A stretch of DNA of 64,000 nt from a bacterium. GTDB taxonomy: Bacteria; UBA8248. The notes under the pieces were generated by a model. That model ran no database searches, had not been told where the DNA came from, and was given only the letters and a program-made list of their open reading frames with translations. Position numbers and translations under genes: made by a program. Below, piece after piece: positions 36,538-46,035 of the stretch. Positions within the stretch are counted from its first letter, which is position 1; each line of letters opens with the position of its first letter. The stretch spans positions 785,365 to 849,364 of the forward strand of contig CBDATS010000005.1 in NCBI GenBank assembly GCA_965200245.1. Reading direction: 5' to 3'.

Positions 36538-36626
36538 AAAGGCCGACGCCAGCTGGCCGACATTAATCGGTCTCTTCGGTGTGATACTCCAAACTCCTCG
36601 AAGTGGCCGTGTAGCGCGTTGATGGC
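36538..36626 (-). mobile_element. IS110-family transposase fragment
   Basis: AINALHGHFEEFGV then, after a frameshift, TPKRPINVGQLASAF; matches the IS110 motif QAINALRGHLAEFG..APKG. Confidence 0.6.
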
Positions 36627-36641
36627 CAGAACGATTTCATG

Positions 36642-37613
36642 TCAGGACAATCCCTTATGGTTGCGCACGTTGAGGGCCTTCCATTCCAGAAGCGGTTGGA
36701 CCTAGATGCGCTTTTGCAAGGATATATCGGAGGTCAGGATCGTCGCGTCGATTTCACCTTTGTCCAACAAGAGGTCGAGGAATGCTAGTTCGGCATCGGA
36801 AAACGGAAGCAAAGCAGACAGGCCACTCTTGGTCTCCTCTAGCAGTTGCATCCCGTATTCCGAGAGTGACACCTGCTCTCCTTGCTGACGAACCCGGAGT
36901 GTAGGAGCGAGCAGCCTCGCCAACTCCGATTCATCGTAGTCCACGTCTGTGATCGAGATGGTTCGCCAGTCCTTGCGGTTCATCGCCCCGTAGACAACGA
37001 AGGCGATGCGGAGCCGCTCGTGCTGAAGAGTGCCCGTATCGAGTATGTGATGACAATCGAACATATCCCTTGCTTGTCTGCGGGAAAATAACGCCGAGAG
37101 CTTTCCGGCCACGAGTTCATGAAGGTCGAGAAGGGGAACGTCTTTGGTCTGATAGTCCCCGAGCGGATGCGAATCGGCGTGATATATCTCCCAAAGTGGT
37201 TGTCTGAACATGAAATTCAAATCGACTTCGAGATTCCCGGTTTGCCCTGTGTAGCTTGGATAGCCCAGCCGCCATTTCCCTCCGGCGTGTTCAGTTGGCG
37301 TCCTCCGGACCGTGAACCCCTCACGGGAAAAAACCGCCTGGGCCGCCTGCTCGATTCTCGTTCGATCCTCCAGCATTTCCTCGCGCTCCAGCGCGCCGAT
37401 ATAGTTGAGGTCAATGTCCACGGACAACCGGGGATAGCGAAGGACGAACAGGTTCAAGGCCGTGCCGCCCTTCAGGACCCATCTTCCCTTGAGCGACGGG
37501 TGCGTGTTCAGGGCGTTCAGGAGATGCATCAGATGGAAAACCTTCTCGACCACCTCCGCATTGAATCCGTCGGTTCTGGCCACGGGCAGGATTTCCGAGG
37601 CGGAAAATCTCAC
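36642..37613 (-). CDS. AbiEii-family nucleotidyltransferase toxin (type IV TA); premature TAG ~20 codons before the apparent end
   Basis: LKGGTALN, PRLSVDIDLNY, KLSAL..R...RDMFD; after TAG 36702 the frame continues VQPLLEWKALNVRNHKGLS*. Confidence 0.85.
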
Positions 37614-38446
37614 GGAACCTCTCCCCAAGACCGATTCAGGATTTCATCCGGGACTATCAGATTCCAGCCTTTCACCAAACGACAACCTCTGGGTCTGCCT
37701 CGCGTCAAATGGTGGGGTTGCCTCGGGCGCAGCTTGCGTAAGCTATCGAGATGGGTCTCCTCCACCATCAAAGACTCCCTGTGCTGTTCCAGGAAAAACC
37801 CCACCTTTGCGGCGGTGGTCGCATTCTCCAACAGGCGGGTGTACTTGATGACCTGTTCCAGATCGAAGAACTCCACCGATTCCAGGGACCGCCATATCTC
37901 TTCCCAGGTTCCCGTCAGGTCCGGCCGATCCAGCGCATCGACCATGGTTCTTTCGTGGCTGGTTACCCGGAGTTTCACGCCGGATCGCATATGGCGGGTG
38001 ACTCCGAACATCTCCTCTCCTTTCGCCAGCAGCGGCGGTGGTACCGGCGCGCGCCGGAACTCGTGGGATTGAAACGTGAGTGGAAGCGACTTGGTCGCCG
38101 AAACGTAAACCAGCCGCCAATGGACCGAGTATGCCCTCCCGTGGAACTCCAGAGCCGTGTGGTAGCCCAGTACAGCGTCCCCGGTCACCTTGGCCGCCAC
38201 CAGGAATGGATCGACCGGTGCGGTTTCGGGGTCCATGCCCCAGGGAACCGTTGCATACAGGCCGCGACGCACATGGACGATCCGGCCTTGCTTGCGGTGG
38301 TAGGCCAGCAGCGAATTGCGGGTGTGGGTGTTTCCGGATCCACGCTCGGACAGGAAACGGTCCAGTTCGTCCATCGTGAACACGGCGTGCCGGGCCAGGA
38401 ATTCATTGAGTCTTATGAAATTGTTTTTTTGATTATCAGTCGACAT
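37610..38446 (-). CDS. AbiEi-family antitoxin/transcriptional regulator (type IV TA)
   Basis: wHTH (HVRRGLYA), GYHTALEFHG, VTSHERTMVDALDRPDL; GTGA overlap with the toxin; start uncertain. Confidence 0.85.
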   Translation of the reverse strand: MSTDNQKNNFIRLNEFLARHAVFTMDELDRFLSERGSGNTHTRNSLLAYHRKQGRIVHVRRGLYATVPWGMDPETAPVDPFLVAAKVTGDAVLGYHTALEFHGRAYSVHWRLVYVSATKSLPLTFQSHEFRRAPVPPPLLAKGEEMFGVTRHMRSGVKLRVTSHERTMVDALDRPDLTGTWEEIWRSLESVEFFDLEQVIKYTRLLENATTAAKVGFFLEQHRESLMVEETHLDSLRKLRPRQPHHLTRGRPRGCRLVKGWNLIVPDEILNRSWGEVP

Positions 38447-38535
38447 AATACCAATAAATTTAACTGTATTTAAGATATTTATCAATAATTGGATGATAAA
38501 CGGTCGAGATAAGAGGAATTTTATTAGTATTTGTC
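38442..38535. promoter_or_regulatory. Nested inverted repeats upstream of abiEi, putative autorepression operator
   Basis: Outer arms gacataataccaataaatt / aattttattagtatttgtc and inner arms tttatca-N9-tgataaa share one symmetry axis at ~38489. Confidence 0.55.
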
Positions 38536-38940
38536 CATTGATTCGTCAAGAAGCTGAATCCGCCTTACCGACCGCCCGTTTTCAGGCGGCAGGAGGATTT
38601 TCAACGGCCCTGGAATCCTTGTAATTTTTTGAAACTATTGCAGGTAGTAGTTTTTCGAGCTTCGTTGGGGAGTTGTTAATCTGCAATATGCAATCAAAAC
38701 GAAAGCGACCCAATACAAACTCTCGCAGATTCCGGGCAATTTCTGGCATTCTCGAAAAGGACAAAAGTGAAAACCTGGTGGTCCCGATGCGTCAATGTTT
38801 CATAGCCAGACATCGCGATTTTCCATCTAGCTCTGTCCGATTGAAATAATGAAATATAGTCAAGAGAAAAAAACTTTGAAGTAGTATACAAAATGGCATA
38901 CAATCCGCCGAGTACCAGACTTATTCCAATGATTACAGTG

Positions 38941-39547
38941 CTTTAGGCTGAAGTTCCCTGACTATCACGGGCTATCCCATTGATTATGCGGATTGTTTCG
39001 ATGAATCAGGAGCTGGTTACCGGGAACAGGATTACAACGGCACCCAAATCCAGCGTGTCGGCCAGCGAATCCCGCGCCGTGGCCCTGGCAGGACCCGGGC
39101 AGTGGCTGGCCCGGACCCCGGATCGGGTACCCGGGCGACGATTATCGCCACCACGCGGTCACGCGCGCAGGAGCGCCGGGGGCGATGATCCGCTCCAGAC
39201 CCGGCTTCCGCAGTGTGCCGGGCACTGCGGCGACATGGCCGTGGGGTCGGGAACGCACGATGTCGAAGGCATCGTCCAACCAACAGGGGGTTCGTTCCGC
39301 AGCAGACGGCGCAGGGTGTCGGTCCTGCTTTGGGGCCATTTCGGGAGGTTGGCCAGCGTGCGTTTTCTGACTTTCCCGCCCTCACGCCATCCTTCGCGCA
39401 ACAGGATGGCAGGCGGTGAATTCCGGTTGGGAACGGTTTCGATGTACATGGGAACGGCATTTCTGTTCCCGCCCGCAATATCCCCCATGAAATCAATCGC
39501 CTGAACCCAAAATCAACACGAAATCATCGGGGAACTTCAGTCTAAAG
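38941..39547 (-). mobile_element. Internally deleted IS1634-family element (~607 bp, non-autonomous)
   Basis: 18-bp terminal IRs ctttaggctgaagttccc / gggaacttcagtctaaag (1 mismatch). Frameshifted transposase N-terminus MYIETVPNRNSPPAILLREGWREGGKVRKRTLANL from 39449; no DDE core. Confidence 0.85.
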
Positions 39548-39649
39548 ACGAAAAACGCTTGATGCCTGTGCCCGATTCCCGTAGTTGCAGTTTAGGCAAA
39601 TTTCCATGTTGGAATATGATGACCTGTTTCGCCCGCAGATTCTCCTATC
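39542..39649. repeat. Diverged direct repeat, copy 2
   Basis: ctaaagacg...ggaatatgatgacctgtttcgcccgcagattctcctatc. Confidence 0.85.
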
Positions 39650-39901
39650 TCGACGGCCACTCTTATATCACTCGCGTCGAACTCCCTAGTCAAAACCGAT
39701 TTTTCTTCCACCGGAACCAAAGGCACACTCGTCGTCATCCGCCTTGAGACGCGCGTATGCATGCATACGAAGCGAGTCGGCTCGCGCTCGTCGAATTCCT
39801 GAAAATACCGAAAGCCTCAAAGCGGGCCTGAACAGTTTTCGGGAAGTGCTGGCGGGATTGGAACGAATGGGAGATAGAACCTAGAGAGATGAAACCTCGG
39901 A

Positions 39902-40195
39902 CTATGGGAGGATTTCAAGACCTTGGAGATGTTCTTCATATTTCAGTTGAGTCATACCGCAATCGACCAACCCCACAAACTCGCTTTTCGATAATTTACA
40001 TTGCTTGGCCATATTAACCAACAACGAATCACCTATAGATTTGTAGCTGGTACCCCTGCTCAAAAAAGTCATAATTCCAGATTTGACACCCGATGATGTG
40101 TAGTAGATTAAACAGATGTGTTTTTGTCCTTCTCTTTCGCGAAATCCTTTTCTGCAAAGATTTTTTTGGATTTTACTACGTTCTCGTTGCACCAT
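39902..40195 (-). CDS. HicA-like putative toxin/RNase
   Basis: LCRKGF...GQKH...SRG...IGDSLLVNMAKQCKLSKSEF, a dsRBD-like HicA pattern. Confidence 0.6.
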   Translation of the reverse strand: MVQRERSKIQKNLCRKGFREREGQKHICLIYYTSSGVKSGIMTFLSRGTSYKSIGDSLLVNMAKQCKLSKSEFVGLVDCGMTQLKYEEHLQGLEILP

Positions 40196-40197
40196 TA

Positions 40198-40609
40198 TTA
40201 TTCAAATGTCTTGAGCAATTGTACCTTGAGTTGCTGTGCCTGAGGCGTCATCTTCTCATCCTCACACAAGACAAACTCTTCCCAGAGAATGGCAATCTGC
40301 TCATGCACGATAATGCTTAGATCCTCAATGGTATCGGCATAAACAGAAAGCCCTAAACCTTCATTCTCTACCCTGTAATATGGCTTCGATTTAGAACGAA
40401 TGAAATGCAACACAAGAACGGATTGCCGGGGGGAAATGGTATTCCCATTTTCAAGAAATACTTCTTTCACTTCAATGCTGAGGGATGAGGTTGGAGTATC
40501 CGACGTATCAAGAGTACTCTGTTTCCATCTTCCAGGGGGGGGGGGCAAAAGAGCACGAACTTATAGGTTCGCTCGCTGAGATATTCACATCCAATGCTGT
40601 GATATTCAT
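40198..40609 (-). CDS. HicB-like putative antitoxin, frameshifted at a C11 tract
   Basis: C-terminus YYRVENEGLGLSVYADTIEDL...EQIAILWEEF; ATG 40609 is in frame only if the tract is C10. Confidence 0.5.
40535..40545. repeat. G11/C11 homopolymer tract
   Basis: Sequence reads tcca-G11-caaaa in an AT-rich region. Confidence 0.9.
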
Positions 40610-40617
40610 AGAGGCTG

Positions 40618-40875
40618 TCACCTTTGTCGCAATGATGGATGCGACTGAACTACTCTTACCGCATTATGACTCTGGATGACATAAACGGGATGACCATCAT
40701 TGTCCCATTGATTTTTTAATCGGACAATACCGGTAACAACGAGTTTGGCTCGCAAGGTAGTCCCATCATCAAGGGTATATTCACTCATTTTCTCCTGCGA
40801 ATTGACAATTGGAATATCTACTCCTTTTATTTTTTTCCCATCGGGGCCTGAGATTTCAACTTCATGATGTTCCAT
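40618..40875 (-). CDS. Uncharacterised 85-aa beta-rich protein
   Basis: Strong RBS AAAGGAGG; EKMSEYTLDDGTTLRAKLVVTGIVR...DNDGHPVYVIQSHN. Confidence 0.7.
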   Translation of the reverse strand: MEHHEVEISGPDGKKIKGVDIPIVNSQEKMSEYTLDDGTTLRAKLVVTGIVRLKNQWDNDGHPVYVIQSHNAVRVVQSHPSLRQR

Positions 40876-41306
40876 TTATTCCTCCTTTACAGTAAAACCA
40901 AACTTCTTTTTCGGGTGGAGATATTCTGCCCCCATTTACTCTCACACTATCACGTTGCTTTACCATTGCAAAAATACGGGAACTTGCCCTACCCGATTCA
41001 CCCGCCCAAGCTTTCAGAACATAGGAGATGTCCCGGAGCCGCAACAAAACCGCATGTGCTCCTCGAACTCTTCCGCCAAGCGCGATTTGACCTCGCCAAT
41101 GCCTTCGGAGCACAGCAGAACCAAGGGTGACACGTCAAATTGATAGATGCGAGCCTTTTCCAAATCAATCTGCAAGGGTTCGATTGTTTCAGTATGGTTG
41201 ATAGAAACCTTGTCAACAAAATAGTCGACTACAAGGAATCGTTACCGCCAATAAATCGATAAACACTCAGGTACAGGCGTTCAAGTCAACTTGAGGATGG
41301 TGACAG

Positions 41307-41495
41307 CTATGGCCGCAACGCAATTCCGAACTCGTATATCTTGATTTCCAAATCCCTCAGTTCGGCGCGGAGTATTTCTTTCGCTGCAAGGTCATTCTGA
41401 CCCGAACCTATCGCTGCGGTAATAGCCTCGGCCTGCCGTTCACCAAGACCCGCTTCCTGAAGAACTTTGATGGTAGCACGAGTATCGAAACTCAT
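41307..41495 (-). pseudogene. DUF1640/CCDC90-like coiled-coil protein, probably truncated
   Basis: MSFDTRATIKVLQEAGLGERQAEAI...DLAAKE; lacks the C-terminal TM helix. Confidence 0.55.
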
Positions 41496-42196
41496 AATGC
41501 GCAAATGTCATTATGGGCGAAAGGGACATGCAACCGACTTTTGGGTGATGATTTTCGAGTTGTGCCACCGAGGTGCCTGTTGCATCCGGGCCTCACGTTC
41601 CCCGGCATTCTCCGCCATTACCCTGTCCGCGTGATGCTCCACCAGATTCTCTCAACTCACGTTTACACGAATCAAGAAGTACCCACGTGACTCGCTTCGG
41701 CTTTTACCACCTTCTCGCGAACGGCTGTCAGTTCTGTCTATTGGCCTTTTACGAAGGCGTCGCAATGGGCACTTCCCGATACGACGGGAAACGCCACACT
41801 CAGCTTCTTGGGAAGTCTGGGCAACGGCGTGAAATCAGGTGAGCGGGCTGGCATACGCCTAGTGAATGAACAGAAGTTGCAATGAATCCGCTTGTGTTTT
41901 GATTACTGATTTTGAGAGCCCAATTTTCCATCGCTCAAGAAAATGAGCTTTTGAAAATGATATCAATATGTTACGGAGTGCCGCAAATCGCGAAAACGGA
42001 CTCACAACTCCTGGTTTCTGAATTAATCGCTAAAAATGGGAGCCATAAAGATGTTTTGACAAAATTTCCGTAAACTGGACCGACAAAAAAAGGAAAGCCG
42101 CCGGAGGTTATTCCCTCGACACGATGATGTATATTGGACGCATAGACGCCCGCATGAAACTTGCGAATGCGACAAAACGAGAGGAGATGCGAGCAA

Positions 42197-42916
42197 ATGC
42201 CGCAGATTATTGACCTGTCCATGCCCGTTCACATGTGGATGGAACGCTACCCGGGCACACCACAACCCGTCATTCAACTGATCGAGACCACATTCGAGTC
42301 CGCAAAACGCATCGGAACCGACAAGATGGGCTTCCCAGAGTTGTTCGCCCACAGCGTGTGCATATTCAGCGAGCATTGTGGTACCCACATCGACGCGAGA
42401 AGCCACGGCGGCATGAACGATTCGTGGTCCGAGGACATTCCGCTGGAGAAGTGCTACGGGCCGGGCCTGAGGCTTGAAATGCGTCACAAAAAGCCAGGCC
42501 AGTCAATTGAAATCAATGACCTGAAAGACGCTCTCGTGAAGGAGAACTACTCGATTCAAGGCGGAGAAATCGTCTTTCTCTGGACCGGGGCGGCAACCTA
42601 TAACGACGAGCCGCGCTATTTGACGGATCATCCCGGTATGGTGCACGAAAGCGCCGAGTGGCTCATCGATCAGGGTGTGTGCGTCATGGGTATCGACGCG
42701 CCGGGATTCGATTTGCCCATCAAAGAGATGCTGGAGAGAAAAGACCCCTGGCCGTGTCATCGCCTCTTCCAGACGCGCGAATACTGGCACATCGAGAATC
42801 TCTGCAATCTGGACAACATCCCCGTCGCCCACGGATTCACGGCCAGCGTCTTGCCGCTTCACTGGCAAGGCGCCACGGGGACGCACATCCGCGCCGTCGC
42901 CATCGTGAACGAGTAG
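42197..42916 (+). CDS. Cyclase family protein (kynurenine formamidase-like)
   Basis: IIDLSMP, EHCGTHIDA, GIDAPG, H..HIENL; RBS GAGGAG. Confidence 0.88.
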   Translation: MPQIIDLSMPVHMWMERYPGTPQPVIQLIETTFESAKRIGTDKMGFPELFAHSVCIFSEHCGTHIDARSHGGMNDSWSEDIPLEKCYGPGLRLEMRHKKPGQSIEINDLKDALVKENYSIQGGEIVFLWTGAATYNDEPRYLTDHPGMVHESAEWLIDQGVCVMGIDAPGFDLPIKEMLERKDPWPCHRLFQTREYWHIENLCNLDNIPVAHGFTASVLPLHWQGATGTHIRAVAIVNE

Positions 42917-42923
42917 TTTCCCC

Positions 42924-43976
42924 GTGACCTCCCCCCTTTCGAGAGAAACCGTAAAGGCGAGAAGACTGGTGCTCCCCTTCATTGTCTTCTCGATCTCGCT
43001 CCTCATCGGGCCAATCTTCACCACCGAGACCACCCATGCCGCGAAACCGTCAAATCCGTTGAAATCGAACGCGGATATTGATCGTGAAACACGGGTCAGG
43101 CTGTATCAGCGCACGCTCCGGAGTTACCTCTCGTCCGATCCATATCCCCTGATTGACCTGGAAATCTCACTCGACCACTGGAAGACCCCCGTACAACTCA
43201 TCGAGGGCATGAATCGAGCGGGCGTAGCACTCGGCGCAGTCACCTCGGCGAGAGAGGAGACGATCAAAAAGGCGCTCCAGCGCTACCCCAATCGGTTGAT
43301 TCCGCTCACCACCTCGGCGACTGAAAAAGACTGGATGCAAACCGGTGAGGGATATTTGTCCGACATCAAACGACAACTCGCAGGCGGCGCATTCGGTATC
43401 GGGAAAATCACCTGGCGGCCTGTGCCAACCAACAAGGCGCAGGCGAGGCGGGCCGGAGAGTCTCTCAGAACGATTATTCGTCTGGCGACGACGAAAAAAA
43501 GTTTCCTTTTGCTCGACATGTCTCCTGATGACGATGCTCTGGAAATGCTCGAGCGACATTTGAGGGCATCCCCTGAGGCAAAGGTTATCTGGACGCAAGC
43601 GGGCAGGATGCGGAATCCAGGCGCTCTTCCCGGCTACGGGCACGGCCTTCTCCGGGCGCTCAGCATGAGGCACACAGGTCTTCTCTTCACCCTTACCCAA
43701 GACCCGCCGACAAGCGCGGGGCGGACCGATGAGCGGAAAAATCACCTCTACGATCCGGGAAGGGCGTTCTCCCGTGAGTGGAGGGCCTTGCTCGAAGCGC
43801 GCGTAGGTCATTTTACAGTCGGGAACGATTCCTCCCCGGCCACCCCGTCGAAATATGCCGCAGAAACGCTCCATTTCCGCAGAAACATGCTTGAAAAAAT
43901 AAGCCCGGCAGCCAGGAGGATCATCGCCTACAAAAACGCATGGCATATCATCACGAACAGGCACTGGAATCCTTGA
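42924..43976 (+). CDS. Exported amidohydrolase-fold protein with degenerate metal ligands
   Basis: Signal peptide; PLIDLE, GAFGIGKI, PEAKVIWTQAG, WRALLE..F.VGND, IAYKNAW follow Amidohydro_2 spacing. Confidence 0.55.
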   Translation: MTSPLSRETVKARRLVLPFIVFSISLLIGPIFTTETTHAAKPSNPLKSNADIDRETRVRLYQRTLRSYLSSDPYPLIDLEISLDHWKTPVQLIEGMNRAGVALGAVTSAREETIKKALQRYPNRLIPLTTSATEKDWMQTGEGYLSDIKRQLAGGAFGIGKITWRPVPTNKAQARRAGESLRTIIRLATTKKSFLLLDMSPDDDALEMLERHLRASPEAKVIWTQAGRMRNPGALPGYGHGLLRALSMRHTGLLFTLTQDPPTSAGRTDERKNHLYDPGRAFSREWRALLEARVGHFTVGNDSSPATPSKYAAETLHFRRNMLEKISPAARRIIAYKNAWHIITNRHWNP

Positions 43977-44103
43977 TTGGTGAAATCCACCTAAATTCGT
44001 TGCATCCAGCCGAGCACATGGGGATAATGCCGGTTTTATTGGCTGGAATACCCAAGACAAATCAGTTCCCAACATAAACGCTAACGCGCAAGGAGTTCGC
44101 CTC

Positions 44104-45252
44104 ATGTACAGCATACGCCACCCGAAAAGGACCTGGTTTGGCCTCGGAACAATCTCGAAGATGAAGGACGAAGCGGAGTTTCTGGGCGCTCGAAGCGCGC
44201 TTTTTTTCACGGACAAGGGCGTGAGAGGCGCAGGCGTAGCGGACATGGCGCTGGCCCCCCTGGAGGAGGCAGGCGTCGAAGTCACGATATATGATGAATG
44301 CCCACCCGAACCCGCCATCGGCGACCTCGAAAATGCCTTTTCGGAATTCAGAAGTGCCTCTTTCGACCTCGTCGTCGGGGTCGGCGGCGGCAGTTCGATG
44401 GACATGGCCAAATCGATCGGCGTGTTGCTGGGAAACGACGGTGCGCCCAGGGATTATCTGGGAATAGAACTCGTGCCGAAACCGGGCCTTTCCACGATTC
44501 TTGTTCCCACCACGAGCGGAACCGGTGCCGAAGCTACACCCAACGCTATCTTCTCGGTGCCGGAAGAGCAGGTGAAACTGGCCATCGTGAGTACGCACGT
44601 CATTCCCTTCGCCGCTATCGTCGACCCGAAACTCACGCTTTCTGCACCGCCGAAAGTCACCGCGGCCGCGGGCGTGGATGCCTTCACGCACTGCCTGGAA
44701 ACCTACGTGGCCAGAAACGCGACTCCTCTCAGTGAGATATACAGCCTGAAGGGAATGAAACTCATCGCCGGTTCCTTAAGGCGTGTGTGCGCCGATGGCA
44801 ACGACATCGAGGCCAGAACTGACATGGCACTTGGTTCTTACTATGGTGGAGTGGCGCTCGCCGGAGCCGGGGCGGGTGCCATTCATGCCCTGGCGTATCC
44901 ACTCGGCTCGCGGTTTCATATTCCGCACGGGGTCAGCAACTCACTCATGTTCTCTCACGTTATGAAGGAAAACCACGCGGCGGCACCTGAAAAATTTGCC
45001 CGTATCGCCCAAATACTGGGTGAATCCATCGATAGCGTGTCCCAAGAAGAGGCGGCAGCACTTTCCGTCGGCGCAGTAGAGAAACTCTGCCGCGACTGCG
45101 GGGTGCCCACCAGGCTCGGTGAAGTGGATGTCCCCGCCCACGCAATCCCGGAACTGGCCGAAGCAGCCTTCAAACTCGAACGTCTCTTGAACTGTAACCC
45201 CAAGGAACTCACGCTTGAGGATATCGAGAGAATCTATCGAGCCGCGGCCTGA
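44104..45252 (+). CDS. Iron-containing alcohol dehydrogenase
   Basis: GVGGGSSMDMAK, PTTSGTGAE, DAFTHCLE, HALAY, PHGVSN. Confidence 0.93.
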   Translation: MYSIRHPKRTWFGLGTISKMKDEAEFLGARSALFFTDKGVRGAGVADMALAPLEEAGVEVTIYDECPPEPAIGDLENAFSEFRSASFDLVVGVGGGSSMDMAKSIGVLLGNDGAPRDYLGIELVPKPGLSTILVPTTSGTGAEATPNAIFSVPEEQVKLAIVSTHVIPFAAIVDPKLTLSAPPKVTAAAGVDAFTHCLETYVARNATPLSEIYSLKGMKLIAGSLRRVCADGNDIEARTDMALGSYYGGVALAGAGAGAIHALAYPLGSRFHIPHGVSNSLMFSHVMKENHAAAPEKFARIAQILGESIDSVSQEEAAALSVGAVEKLCRDCGVPTRLGEVDVPAHAIPELAEAAFKLERLLNCNPKELTLEDIERIYRAAA

Positions 45253-45254
45253 AG

Positions 45255-46031
45255 ATGTCCATCCAAACGTCCACTTTCCGTAAACTGCGCCCGCTGATGG
45301 ACATCTCCCCCGGCGACATGATCTGCGTCATGGGTGCCGGCGGAAAAGCCACGCTTATGAAACGCCTCATTCGGGAGATGCTTGATGAACCGTTTCCCGT
45401 CATCATCACAAGCACGACGAACCTCCACGCTCTGGGTGGCGAAGATGCACCGCCCGTTCTGTTGAGCGAGGAGGGTCGCGCCGAGTGGCGATCCGTCGCC
45501 CGGGACTGGTCCGGTCGCGGTGCCGTTGTCTGGGTGGAAAAAAAACTGCCCCAGAATATGTTTCGTGGCCTCGAGGCGAAACAGGTGGAAAAGCTGTATG
45601 CCTCGGGCTTTCAGGGAGTGCTGGTCGTAAAAACAGACGGCGCGAGGAAACGTCTCATCAAGGCTCCGGGACCGGATGAGCCAATCGTTCCCGAAGGTGC
45701 GACACACTGTGTACTGGTGCTGGGTCTAGCTGCAATTGGACAAACAGCGGATCAGCGAATCGTACATCGTATGGAGAAGGTACGCGTCACCTCAGACCTG
45801 GAGACCGGGGAAATTATCGAAGCACACCATCTGGTGAAATTGGCGAGTCATCCGGAAAGTTATCCGAATCGGCTTCCGAAAAGCACAAAGCGGATACTCT
45901 ATCTGAGCCATTGCACCTCGCAAAAGGCGTTTGAGGACGCGCAGGTGATTTTCGAATCCATCCCCGAAGGCATATACGACATTATGATCGCGGGAGATTC
46001 AGTCGCAGGGCTTTTCTATCGCAGGGGGTGA
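45255..46031 (+). CDS. yqeC: Selenium-dependent molybdenum hydroxylase accessory protein YqeC
   Basis: GAGGKAT P-loop-like motif, ITSTT, DGARKRLIKAPGPDEPIVP. Confidence 0.8.
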   Translation: MSIQTSTFRKLRPLMDISPGDMICVMGAGGKATLMKRLIREMLDEPFPVIITSTTNLHALGGEDAPPVLLSEEGRAEWRSVARDWSGRGAVVWVEKKLPQNMFRGLEAKQVEKLYASGFQGVLVVKTDGARKRLIKAPGPDEPIVPEGATHCVLVLGLAAIGQTADQRIVHRMEKVRVTSDLETGEIIEAHHLVKLASHPESYPNRLPKSTKRILYLSHCTSQKAFEDAQVIFESIPEGIYDIMIAGDSVAGLFYRRG

Positions 46032-46035
46032 AACC

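Noticed and set aside
32354-41030. 13-bp repeat aacataggagatg at ~32354 and ~41018
   Set aside because: Matches of this length are expected by chance in 64 kb
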